DNA of 64,000 bases, from contig NW_024704742.1 of NCBI RefSeq assembly GCF_018977255.1, positions 20,710,001 through 20,774,000 on the forward strand, given 5' to 3'. Position numbers and translations under genes: made by a program. Origin of the DNA: Callorhinchus milii (taxonomy: Eukaryota). The notes beneath the pieces are model-generated. The model saw nothing but the letters and a program-made list of their open reading frames with translations, did no database searches and was not told the DNA's origin. This document shows, piece by piece, positions 48,148 to 59,189 of the stretch (position 1 is the first letter of the stretch; each line of letters opens with the position of its first letter).

Positions 48148-48619
48148 GCATTTTGCCCGGATTAACAGGATTTTTGTCCGAATCAACCGGCATATTTAAA
48201 ACAGGTAGGAATACAAATGAATTGGGGCCGGGCATTCTAATAATAATAATGATAAATAATGATAAATTCTTGGATTTGATATAGCGCCTGATCACGTTGT
48301 TGAGAAATCTCAAAGCACTTCACAATTTATATTGTAAAGTAGTTGACCGTATATTTTGTGGGTGAAACGCGGCAACCAATTGCGCACAGCAGTGTCCTAC
48401 AAACAACAACAACAAGGTTATGTTTGTATAGCCCCTTTCACGTCAGGAGGACATCCCAAGGCGCTGGACAGTGTACAGCATTTCAGTCGTGGATTGAGTC
48501 ACGATTTTTTTTTGAGGGAGTATAACCCCCGGAAAGTGATCTGCCCATCAACTACAATTATTCAATTTACCCGGGGTATGGGATTAACCGGCACCTGGCT
48601 AAAACGGACTCCACAGTAC
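48148..48619. mobile_element. Possible Tigger/pogo-type MITE remnant hosting a SINE
   Basis: GGATTAAC motifs on both sides of the SINE; right end AAACGGACTCCACAG-TA resembles a CAGT-type TIR plus TA. Confidence 0.4.
48239..48554 (-). mobile_element. Long-form SINE with a nested L2 tail (~48403-48483)
   Basis: The SINE breaks at GTGTCCTACAA and resumes at CAGTCGTGGATTGA. Confidence 0.85.
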
Positions 48620-48919
48620 ATCATTGAGCTATCATACATACTATCATTGGTTTACGTTAGATGCGGTCTCAATACTGTATACATTATTTTTCCAGACAAG
48701 GGATGTATCGCAAGGGAATTTGAGTCACTTGAACATTTGATTCAATAGGATCTGAAAGCTTTCAAAATTCATTTTCATATTTTTGGTCAATGCTGAATAA
48801 TCTGCAGCTCTAGTAATATTGTGAATCTCAAAATTGAAATTCAGTATTTCCACTATATTCTAGCTTTAGATTTTTTTAAGACACTAATGCAGAGGAAATA
48901 ATAATTAATGTACTTTATG

Positions 48920-49243
48920 ATAATAATAATAATCCTTACATTTGATATAGCACTTTTCACGTCGGGAGGACGTCCCAAAGCGCTTCACAGAATACACTGT
49001 AAAGTGAATTGACTGTATATATTTGTGGGCAAACGCAGCAGCCAATTGCGCACAGCAATGTCCACAAACAGTCGTAGATTGAAAATGACCAATTTATTAT
49101 TGTTTTGGGTTTTTGGAGGGATTATGATTAGGTGTGTGGAGAAAGGAAACTTGCCCAAGGTTTCGCCCTGACCTGCCTGGAATTGAACTCAGGTCTCTCG
49201 CTTGCAAAGCGAGTGCTCTAACCACTGAGCTACAAGACTCCAC
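48920..49243 (-). mobile_element. tRNA-Ala-derived SINE, young short form
   Basis: Near-identical to 38571-38888. Confidence 0.95.
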
Positions 49244-50394
49244 TCATTATAAAATGAGTCATCAATTTGAAGATTAGGTTTAACAATAATAACAATAAAA
49301 TAATTTTACATTTGGTACAGCACCTTTCATGCTGGAAGGATTTCCCAAAGCATTTCATAGGATATACCTTAAATTGCAATGACAATTGAAGCTTTGGGAT
49401 GTCCTCTTAGTGTGTGGGCGAATGAGGCAGCCAATTTGTACACTTTGAGACATCCTCCCAACATGAAAAGGCCCTATATAAAATGTAAGGATTATATTAT
49501 TATACCCTTTCCAACCCCGGGAAGAGGATGGGGCATGGTGGGGAGGGAGATTTTCTGAATCTCTGAATACTGAACCATTAAAGGGGAAATTTGGAAGTGC
49601 TAAATCTCTCTCTATATCAAAAATGAAGAAAGTTGTAGAGAACACACAGTAATGAAATTCTAAATGACCTTATAATATATGCTTAACAAGATTATTACTG
49701 AATAAAATGGTGATTTTTATTTTAATAATCCTTTAATTTGATATAGGCTTTATCGCATTATCAAAACGTCTGCAAACCAATTTGTACAGTAGAGTGCAGT
49801 CAGCTATCACTGAGATCTTGTAGACTTGTTAAACAATGGGTAGTGTGAGTTATTCATTTATTTCACTTTAGCAGCATTTTGGAATGTTAATTGTTACTGC
49901 TAATTAAATTTTGTTATGCAATTATTACCCGAGCTGAAAATGTACATAAATGTAACACCAACAGTTGTTTTTAGTTCTCTCGGGGTAGAAGATTTTGTGG
50001 AAAGCCTTATATCGATAATAAATAACCACTGGTTTCCTATGAAGTCAAATATGAATTGGAATGAGTAACTCCATTCTTTCCTATCCATATATGCTCATGC
50101 CACTTTGCAAATTAAAACATCCTCATTCTCATTGAACCTCAGAGAAAGAGAAAAATGTTATATTCTCCAGTTTAATTAGGTTCTGTCATTTGTTAGTGGA
50201 TAAACTGTTCTTTTCTTAGATGCTTTTACCAATTGCTGTTTTCCACTTGTAGCATCAAGACAAATGTGTAACTTCTAATTTTTTCAAATGCAGTATAATG
50301 TTTTCAACCACAAAGTAACAGTCAATCCATTTTACAATATATTCTGTGAAGCACTTTGAGATGTCTCAATGACCTGATAAGGCGCAATATCAAA

Positions 50395-50742
50395 TCCTGT
50401 AGCGTTAAAGAGCACTCGCCTCAAGCGAGAGGACTTGGGTTCGATTACGGGCAGGGCGAAACCTTAGGCAAGTTTCTTTACTCCACACGACTCTGTTTGG
50501 TTAGCAATAAGTAGGAACCTGGTTGTTAATCAATTGGCAGATTGCTTTTCCGGGGTAATACTTCCTTAAAAAAAGGTCACTCAATTTATGACTGTCTGTG
50601 GGACACTGCTGTGAGTAATTGGATGCCGCATTTGCCCACAAAATATACAGTCAATTCACTTTACAGTATATTCTGTGAAGCCCTTTGAGCCATTTCGAGG
50701 TCGTGATCAGGCTCTATAACAAATGCAAGGATTATTATTATT
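50395..50742 (+). mobile_element. Long-form tRNA-headed SINE with head
   Basis: Same head as the short form (GGTTCGATT B box), ~70 extra bases, standard tail. Confidence 0.85.
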
Positions 50743-50754
50743 CACCTGACCTCA

Positions 50755-51075
50755 CATCTTTTGGACACAGTATTAGAGGTCTTGTCTGCCTATTAGAATG
50801 GTTGAGGTTAAGGTGGGTGTTAAAGAGATCCCATGACATTATTTCAAAGAAGAGGCGGGAGTTCTCCTGGGTTTCTGGCCAATATTCCTTTCATTAAAAT
50901 CCACCAAAAAACAGTCATTCATGAGGTCATCCATCTCTTGGCTGCTATGGTTTATTGCCTAAGCAGTTTTGCTGCCTATATAACAATAATCAATACACAT
51001 CAAAAATAATTAATTGTTTATATATTTTGAGATGTTTGAACATGATAAAGGTCTATTTCAAATCAAGGACTATCA
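50755..51075 (+). mobile_element. Deu-like SINE fragment
   Basis: AGATCCCATGACATTATTTCAAAGAAGAG..GGAGTTCTCC..CTGGCCAATATT. Confidence 0.65.
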
Positions 51076-51884
51076 ATATTTTATCAGTAAGGGTGAATCA
51101 CCATCTACATTCCATTAAATATAATAGTCCGTGTGTTATATAATTTACAGCTCAATAATTAATACATAGGATTAGTCTGAATTCTAATATATCATACCAT
51201 ATGCTCTTCCTCTTTACAACTCCAACTAAAAATTACACTTGTATAGTCCTCCACTCGCTATAGATTTTACCTCCACTCTCTGGAACTCCACCCTCAAGTC
51301 CACCTGAATCTCTCTCTCCATCTCTTTCCTCTTTCAAGGCACGGATCAAAACCTACCTCTTTTAGTCATCTTTCCCCTCCCCATTTCCAGCTGGGTTGCC
51401 TTTCCAGCACTGTGAATGCATATTGGGGCATCCTACCAACATGGTAGTGCTATAGAACTGTAAATTGTATGGCATTCTTCAACAACAACTTGCAGAGTAA
51501 CATCCCATCGCAAAGTAGAGTCCCAGAACACCTTTAAAATGTACCAGTCTTCCCAGACTAACATATGGAATGATTTTCAACTTGTATACACAATTTAACT
51601 TGGGATGTTTCTAAAAAATATCCACAATTCCAACTGGTGGAACCATCACTCAATGGATACGGTCCTGGCTACAGGCAGAAGGATTGTGGCAATGCTCTCA
51701 TGCATTTCATTCTGAGCTGTGCAATCCACAGTGATTCCTGCTCGCTACTTAGTGAGGGCTGAAACCTGCACTTGTCAGACATCAAATGACTCACCAAGAT
51801 GTAAGTAGGATCGACTTGGAGTTGAGCTGGCTCCAAGTTGACACGCTTGACAATAGAATGCTGGAATTCAGTCAACCTTCTGTA

Positions 51885-52296
51885 GGAATCTCATAGTCTG
51901 GTTCCTGAGCCCAGCAGATCTGCAGCACTGCTGATGGCAGACCAGCCTGGCTCATGAGTAAGACTTGAAAGGTCACTGGGGACAGGGATTTTTACCACTC
52001 AGATCTTGTTAATCCTGCAACCCAAGCCTATGTGGTCTCGCAATTTATGTGGTTTTAGCTAGTTGAACTCCAGCAGTACCACAAACACAGTCTGGATTTC
52101 CTTAGCTTTGGTTCTCACCAATCTATACCCTATTACTCTGAAATATGTAAGCAGCATGAGTGCCTCCAAGGAGAGAGGTATATTCCATGGAAAATTCCCT
52201 GTGTAGGTAAAACATATGCAGAACTCTCAGTCTAGTTTGGATACCCTTAAATATGGTGATGGGTTTCCATACATCTCTGCTACCCGGCTGACCCAG
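51885..52296 (-). repeat. Family X, copy 4
   Basis: Reverse complement GGTCAGCCGGG..GGAAACCCATCACCAT..GTACTGCTGGAGTTCAAC..GGCTCAGGAACCA. Confidence 0.7.
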
Positions 52297-52692
52297 AAAA
52301 ATTCCAAACCATGGTTTCTGGTTAATTCTGTGCTTTGAGCTTTGTGCTTCAACCACTATTCATTATGTGGTGTTTGAAAATAGCTTTACAGTGAAAATAA
52401 CTTCATAATCTCTAAGTCAATTGAAAAAGCAATAAATCCAGCACACTTATTTAATGCTTAATGGCAATACATTTGTGTAATACATTGTAGAAAGTGTCTG
52501 GATATGGGGCCATTTGCAGTACAATTGGAAATAATGTATTGTGCAGATCTGATAGGGAGCAATTTGCCTTCATTTAGCATCTTTCACGTCAGACAAATTA
52601 AGTACTTTAAAGAGAAGGATTGATCAATGAAATAAACTGAAAGTGAACACAGTTTACAACATAGCATAATTTACATTTATATAGCACCTTTC

Positions 52693-53215
52693 AACAACAA
52701 AAACAATGTCCACTTGTATAGCGCCCTCTATGCAGGGCAGAGTCTCGGAGCGCTTATAACAGTGACTGACTCCGAGAAGGTGGGGGGGTGGGAGATGGCC
52801 ATAAGCACGGTCAAAGAGGAAGGTTTTCAGGCAGAACTTGAAAAAGTGGAGAGAGGGGGAAAGGCAGTGGGAATGAGGGAGAATGTTTCAGTGTTTCTGG
52901 GCACAGTGGTTGAAAGGGTATGAGAGGTTAGCAGGAGGCCGGTGCCAGTCAAGTGGAGGGACTGGGTGGTGGATTGGGGAGTGAGGAGGTTGGAGAAGTA
53001 GGGAAGTGCCAAAGAGTGAAGGGTTTTGAAAATGAGTGTGAGGATCTTGATGTCAATCCGTTCGGTGATGGGAAGCCAGTGGAGCTTGGCCAGAACTGGT
53101 GAGATGTGCGTACAGAGTTTGGTCAGGTAAGTATGCGGGCGGCAGAGTTCTGAATGAGCTGAATCTTTTGAATAGTAGAGCTGGGAAGACCGGCCCATGT
53201 CAAGAAGACATCTGA
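52693..53215 (-). mobile_element. Old L2 3' fragment
   Basis: HISPVLAKLHWLPITERIDIKILTLIFKTLH. Confidence 0.85.
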
Positions 53216-53552
53216 CAGTGCTTTCCATGCTGGATAGGCACCCAAGCTGGGGGTGGGAGCTTATCTACACTAATAAGGTGCGACAAACTATAATTTAAGT
53301 AGCCAATTAATTAGAATTTGGAGGTAAATAGGGAATATAAGATAAGATATCTTGGAGAAAAAGCTCCTTTTTTTGCTTATTCCAACAGGGATGGTGGGGG
53401 AGGGGGAAGGAGTGGGTATTCCTTAATATTCATCTTAAAGTAATATCCTGTGCAGTGCTTTGAGATGTCTCGGTGATGCAATTAGGCTTTACATCAAACA
53501 CAAGGATCATTATTATGTTTAATCAGAATCACAAGGCAGGCAGAATTAAGAA

Positions 53553-53630
53553 ACTTAAATGAATGACTTAATCCAAAATCCCATGAGGATCAGATTCTCA
53601 TGGGTTTTTGGATTGAGTATTCAGTTAAGT
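53553..53630. repeat. ~78-bp imperfect palindrome
   Basis: ACTTAAATGAATGACTTAATCCAAAATCCCATGAGGATC-A-GATTCTCATGGGTTTTTGGATTGAGTATTCAGTTAAGT. Confidence 0.85.
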
Positions 53631-54069
53631 GATAAATAAGCTCTAAGATAAATGATAAATAAATAACTTGCAATCAATACAGAATATCGAGACAGGCAAT
53701 CTGTACTAGCAATGCCCCACAATCATTGAGGAATCAAGTTTATTTGAATGTGTGAGGTGAATTTGGATTGGGAACAATATTAGCCAGGTAACATCACATA
53801 TTACATTTAAATTCAAAAAATGAGAAAAAAAGGTAAATATGGGGAGAAATAAATTGGAAGACAGAATGATGGTGAGCACAGGTCTGGAGTGGCAGCCAAT
53901 AAGCATACACAGAGAGGGTTAGAGGTCTAGATGAGGTGCTGTCTCCGTGTTTTATATTCTGTAACATATTTGCTGGATGCACGTCCCTCAGGTCAGATAC
54001 AGCCATGTTCACTCTGCGGCCTTCATTGTCCTATGGGTCCAATATGCTCACTTACGGTCCCACTTGTGA

Positions 54070-54340
54070 TAGAACTATAGAATTTTGCACAACTGAAGAA
54101 GGCTATTCGGTCCATTTTGCCTGTGCTGGCTCTTGAAGGAGCAATCCATTCAGTCTTTTTGTCAGACCCCTGCAAATTGTTAATTTTTTAGCTATTTGTT
54201 TAATTACTTCTTGAAGGCTGATATGGATTCTACCTTGACCACTTGCACCTGACAGGCATCCTAAAAAATCTGTGTGCCAAAAAAAACTTCCAAATCTTCC
54301 CCTTTGCTTTTTTGATAATTATTTTAAATTGATGCCCTCT
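54070..54340 (-). mobile_element. Old CR1 3' end
   Basis: Reverse complement GAGCCAGCACAGGCAAAATGGACCGAATAGCCTTCTTC..TTCTATAGTTCTAT. Confidence 0.65.
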
Positions 54341-55336
54341 GTACACTGCCTCAGATATAAATTGGCCATCAATACAGATTGAGGCCACAGCCTTTAACTT
54401 TATATATCCTGATGTATACCCTGATATCTATCTGACATTTACAAATAATCTATTATGCATGGAATTCCAAATGATACTTTCTTGCTGTTTTTGCAAAGTA
54501 CAAATGCAATTGTGTTTGGAGGTTTGCTGAGCCTGGGTGATAGAATGGAAAAGTTTACTTATATTTCTCCCATTGCTTTGTAGTTTTTTTGTTGAAGTTT
54601 TATTGAAAATAATTTGCAGTGGATTGCAAAGGATTTCTATTCACATTGGGGAACTAATTTGTGGGTTGGATTAGTAACTCAAGTGCATTTTATGTTAACA
54701 ATTTATGTTTGAATAACTAAATGAATTGGTTGTTAATTAAAAATTAGGATGGTTGTAATTCTTTCTCTTCACATGTTTCCATATGGTTAACCCAACTCAT
54801 GAATTACACCTGTTTATGGCTTAATAGATTCCTTACAAAATACACAGTAACTTCACTTTCAATGCATCATGTGAAGCTCTTTGAGATGTCCTCCCAAACC
54901 AGAAAGATACATAAATATCAAATGCAAGGATTACTAAATAATGCTTGTAAAATTTAAGGAAAACAATTTCACAATATTGCAATTGCCATTGCTAGGGTGT
55001 TGGTGTAAACTAGTAATGTAAGAGCAAGAATAAGTGTGCACACATCAGTAAGTTCACATTCTCGCTGTAGCATCCCGCCATTCTATTACAGGACCTGTGG
55101 TTAATTCAATAGGAACTCTGCATTTAGCATTTTAATTTACTTAATTTCCATAAAACATTGATACAATTACCTGAAGTTTTTGACAGTTGAACCCCGTAAT
55201 GACTCTCTTGCAGACAACTACATGATAAATTAAATCAACTGAAACCTGGAAATGTACTTTATCTATTTTAATGGGCTTCATTGTCTTATATAACTGTACA
55301 ACCGAGGCTCCGCTTGCTGGTAATTTTGATGAACTT

Positions 55337-55600
55337 TGACAGCCCTGCAAGCCAAAGCTGTAATGAGTGTAGGATGGTTATAGCTGGACATGCAGTGAGA
55401 AGCTTACTAGACAGTGCTTGATTGGCAAGCTGTGTGGTTTTAGCTGGTTAAACTCCAGCAGAAACTCAACACACTTGCTGGAATTCTCAAGCCTTGGCTC
55501 TTTCCAACCTGCACTTGATACTTTCTGGCATTAAGTAAACAAGATGTGTCCCTCCAGGGAGAGAGTGTGCATTCCATTTTGAATACAGGAAAATATACAT
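55337..55600 (-). repeat. Family X, copy 5
   Basis: Reverse complement GCACACTCTCTCCCTGGAGGG..TGCTGGAGTTTAACCAGCTAAAACCACACAGCTTG..TTGGCTTGCAGGG. Confidence 0.7.
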
Positions 55601-56024
55601 GTGTAGGAGCCGTCTATATGTGAAACGTTATGTGTTTGGAATACTAAACATTTTTCAAAAATGTCCTCATATATCAGACCATCTGGTTCACTAAAACACA
55701 ATTTAGGAAAATGCAGATGAGGGGATTAAGTCAACACTGCTATAATTATTGTGTTAATGGTAGAAAGGATGAAATTTCACAGTCATCATTCACACGTATA
55801 CTGATAAGGTTTTATACAATATTTAAAAATTCATGGTGGAGCGAAGCAGGATCTCACATAAATCATCAGAGCTGAAAAATATTGCTCTGTCTCCAATTTA
55901 TTAATATACTATATCAGAAAGATGAATGGCTTCAAACTGAATTCACAGGGATGGAGGTACTGACTGAATTTTGTTATTCCTCATTTGTGTATGAAATGTT
56001 CCAAATAGAAAAATGATTAACAGC

Positions 56025-56380
56025 AATAATAATCCTTCTATTTGATGTCGCACCTTATCACGTCATTGAAATGTCTCAAAGCACTTCACAGTATTTTCTG
56101 TACACATGCAGTGTTTTTCTGTGTAGGTATTTTGTAGGTGAACAAAGCAGTCAATTTACATATCGCTATGTCCCACAAATAGCCATAAGGGAATGATTAA
56201 TTTTATCAGGAGGATTGTTCGCCAATACACTGGAAGAAATTATTTTGTTTTTTTGAATACTGTCATAAGATCTTCAACATCCAACTGAATAGGCACAAAC
56301 AGGACCTTGGTTTAATGTTTCAACTGAAGATCAGCATCTCCAACAATGCAGCACTCTCCCAGCACTGCACTGGAGCGGCA
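56025..56380 (-). mobile_element. Deu-like SINE, 3' part
   Basis: CCAGTGCAGTGCTGGGAGAGTGCTGCATTGTTGGAGATGC..ATTAAACCAAGG. Confidence 0.75.
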
Positions 56381-57189
56381 GCCTTCACCTAAATTAGCCA
56401 AGATTACGGGCAGAATTGTCACCAAACGGAGCATTATGTTAACTGTCACTCCTACAGTCCACAATAAAGTAGCTGAAAGATCCATAATAATTAGGGTTTG
56501 TAACAATCAATGCTGTATTTTGAAACATCATTTGTTGTGAATACGCAATAAGCGTTCATACTTAATGTTGCATGTTAAAAAAAAATCCAGACAATAATTT
56601 GCCTTTGGCTTCACTGTTTTAAAATGGGAAGCATTAAAAGTTAAATGCTTGAACAAAGTGTATTTCATTGAGGCTCTTTGAATGTGCAAACTATTAAAAG
56701 CATAATTTAATAGGTACCTCTTTGAAAACAGGAAAACAATCTTTGCGCAACAAGCCTGAAACCCAACCACAGCACAGAAATTGGTCCAAACCAAAGATTA
56801 CTGAAGAGGAAACAATATGGCATGTGATGTGAACATCGCCACTGGTGATAATTATCACATCTCATACATTATTTCAACCCTATTGTCATTCACCCACTCC
56901 GAGTCCCAGGTCTCTCTCAACACAGATGGTTGAATGATCTGTGTTTATAGCAACTCAGAATTGAACCAAGATTTTCCCCAACCATTTCTTTTCTGTGCCA
57001 CGACAAAGCTCAGAAAAATATTTCTTGTCTACAATGCCTGAGAGGACACAACTGTTGGCATTTTCCTCTTGTAGTTTTTGTTCCTTGAGACCAACGTTTC
57101 CCCCAACACTCTAATAAAGTCCAACTTCAATAGATCATTATTGCACAGAAGAGCCGTTGGTGCATTTGTCTCATTTAACACAGGCGTGC

Positions 57190-57332
57190 CACAATGATTT
57201 AACGTTTTTATTAATTCCACCATGTGAAATAGTTCCGAGCGGGACTCTTTGACTAATGAGCCCGAGAAAGAGACCAGGAAAGTCTCTGGCCACGGACAAG
57301 GCAGATTCCGAGCTTCTCCGTCATGCAGGGAC
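57190..57332 (-). other. Candidate terminal exon
   Basis: Acceptor TTCTTTTTAG|G at 57332; CpG-containing; AATAAA at 57212-57207. Confidence 0.35.
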
Positions 57333-58167
57333 CTAAAAAGAATCTTAAAAGTAAAAGCTTAAAAGTAAAAAGCAACTTGAGTGGCGCGATATTAAAAATC
57401 GATTTAAACAACAATTTGTATTTATATAGCGCCTCTCACATTGGATAGCATCCCAGAGCGCGTCTTTCCTCACTCTATTAAAAACAAATATTCCCATTTA
57501 GAAAGGTCTGGAGACAAAAAAAAGGACAGATTATTTCTTAGCTACAGTTCCTGCATGCTCCTTACTAGTCACCGGCAATGATAAATGATTGTATATTCAT
57601 AAAAACATAGCAGGTCTAAAGGTCACCAAGTTTGAAAATAGACAAGAAGCTTAAACTTTATAATTTTGAATGAAGATAGCTGAGAGTGAACTGCATTGAA
57701 TTTTATGAAATTTTGTGGGTGCAAAATACAGCATGTGATGTGATAATTATTACAATGTAGGAGATATCCTAGTCTGTAACCACTGCGAGATGCAGGGAGT
57801 GGGCAGGGAATCTTCTCTCCTCCAACTTTGTTCAAATGATTTTGCCCACAAGCTAGTCGCTCCAGCTATTGATTAACCGGCTGACATGTTAAATTCTATA
57901 TCAATTTGGAAATGCTTTTCTTTTTAAGAACTGTGGAAAAACAGTTTCCAAGCTCAAACGGAATATAGGAGTTTTCTGCAATCTACAAACCTTTAATTTG
58001 AAGGTAAGAAGGTCACACTGGCAAAGACTGAACGGAAAATTCACACCTTGTGTTTACTCCAGGAACACGAAATGCTACAACCTGTATTTTAACAATCTAC
58101 ATCATTCCAAAACCTCCATACAGAAGATCCAGGCACCATTTCTGCTACTTGCGGAATTGTGACTCAC

Positions 58168-58200
58168 CGTGTCTCTGCCTGAAGCTTTGCCAATTCTATG
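58168..58200 (-). other. Candidate 33-nt internal exon
   Basis: Acceptor TGTATTTTCATCCTCAG and donor ACG|GTGAGT. Confidence 0.4.
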
Positions 58201-58594
58201 CTGAGGATGAAATACAGAGTAGGTCTCAGTAGCCACAAGGTCAATTTCATATTACAACCATCCTTGCTGGAGTTGGTTTCACTCACTCTGTGACATGTGC
58301 CACTTACAAAATGAAAAGGAAAGGACGTTATGAATGGTAATCAATCTCATTCTGATCAGCATGTCAACCAACTTTTCACAATGGTACTTAAGGCTGCTGC
58401 AGGCACTATAATATCAATTCCAATGTACATAGACAGTGCTCTGGTCAGGCCATGCCTGGTATGCAGAGTACTGCATGGAGTTCTGGTCACCGCAACGTAA
58501 GGGAACTGCAACAGGCCCTTGAGGCAGTGTAGAGGAAACCAGTAAGGATGATCCCCATTGTTAGAGCAATAGAAAAGTGCCTTCTCTGCTACAA

Positions 58595-58831
58595 ACGGCT
58601 TCCTCCGCAACATACGCACTACAAACCCCCCCTTTGTTACAAATCTGTACGCACAGTGTCCTAGGCCCCCCGGGCCTCGGTTTGCTCGATGCTGCTACTG
58701 TGGGTGGAGCGTCTCCGATACCACCGACGCAGAGCAGGGATTGTTGGAATCATGGAAGCGCCGTGAGCGGGAAATCGACTTCGCCTGGCGTCCAGCCTAA
58801 ACTGAGCTCCTGTGGCGAATTCTTGGTAAGT
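58595..58831 (+). promoter_or_regulatory. CpG-rich patch; candidate promoter/first exon
   Basis: About 18 CpGs in ~230 bp in a CpG-poor background; ends at TTG|GTAAGT (58825/58826). Confidence 0.5.
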
Positions 58832-58950
58832 GTTGTACTATTCAAGTTAATATTTTTTAGTATTTTGAACATAACTATGTCTTCAGAAAATATATGCCTA
58901 TAGTTCTAAGATGGGTTGTTTAACAAAATGCATCTTTGAACAGCCCCAAT

Positions 58951-59040
58951 CAACCCTCCGCAATTTTCTGCAAAATTCACCAAATCCCTCCGCAATTTTC
59001 TGCAAAATTTGTCAAACACCCAGCAATTTTTGGCAAAAAT
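58951..59040 (+). repeat. ~32-bp tandem repeat, three copies
   Basis: CCCTCCGCAATTTTCTGCAAAATT twice plus a diverged third unit. Confidence 0.85.
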
Positions 59041-59189
59041 CTTTACAGGACCTACTTGCTATGTTTCACTAAGTTTTATGAGTCACTAGGTTTCTTGGGC
59101 CCAGTTTTGAGTTTGGCAAGTATTCTGTGAGTCTCCTCAGCCAGACCAATTAACTATGAATACGGCACTAGGCAAAATTCTTTGCATTT

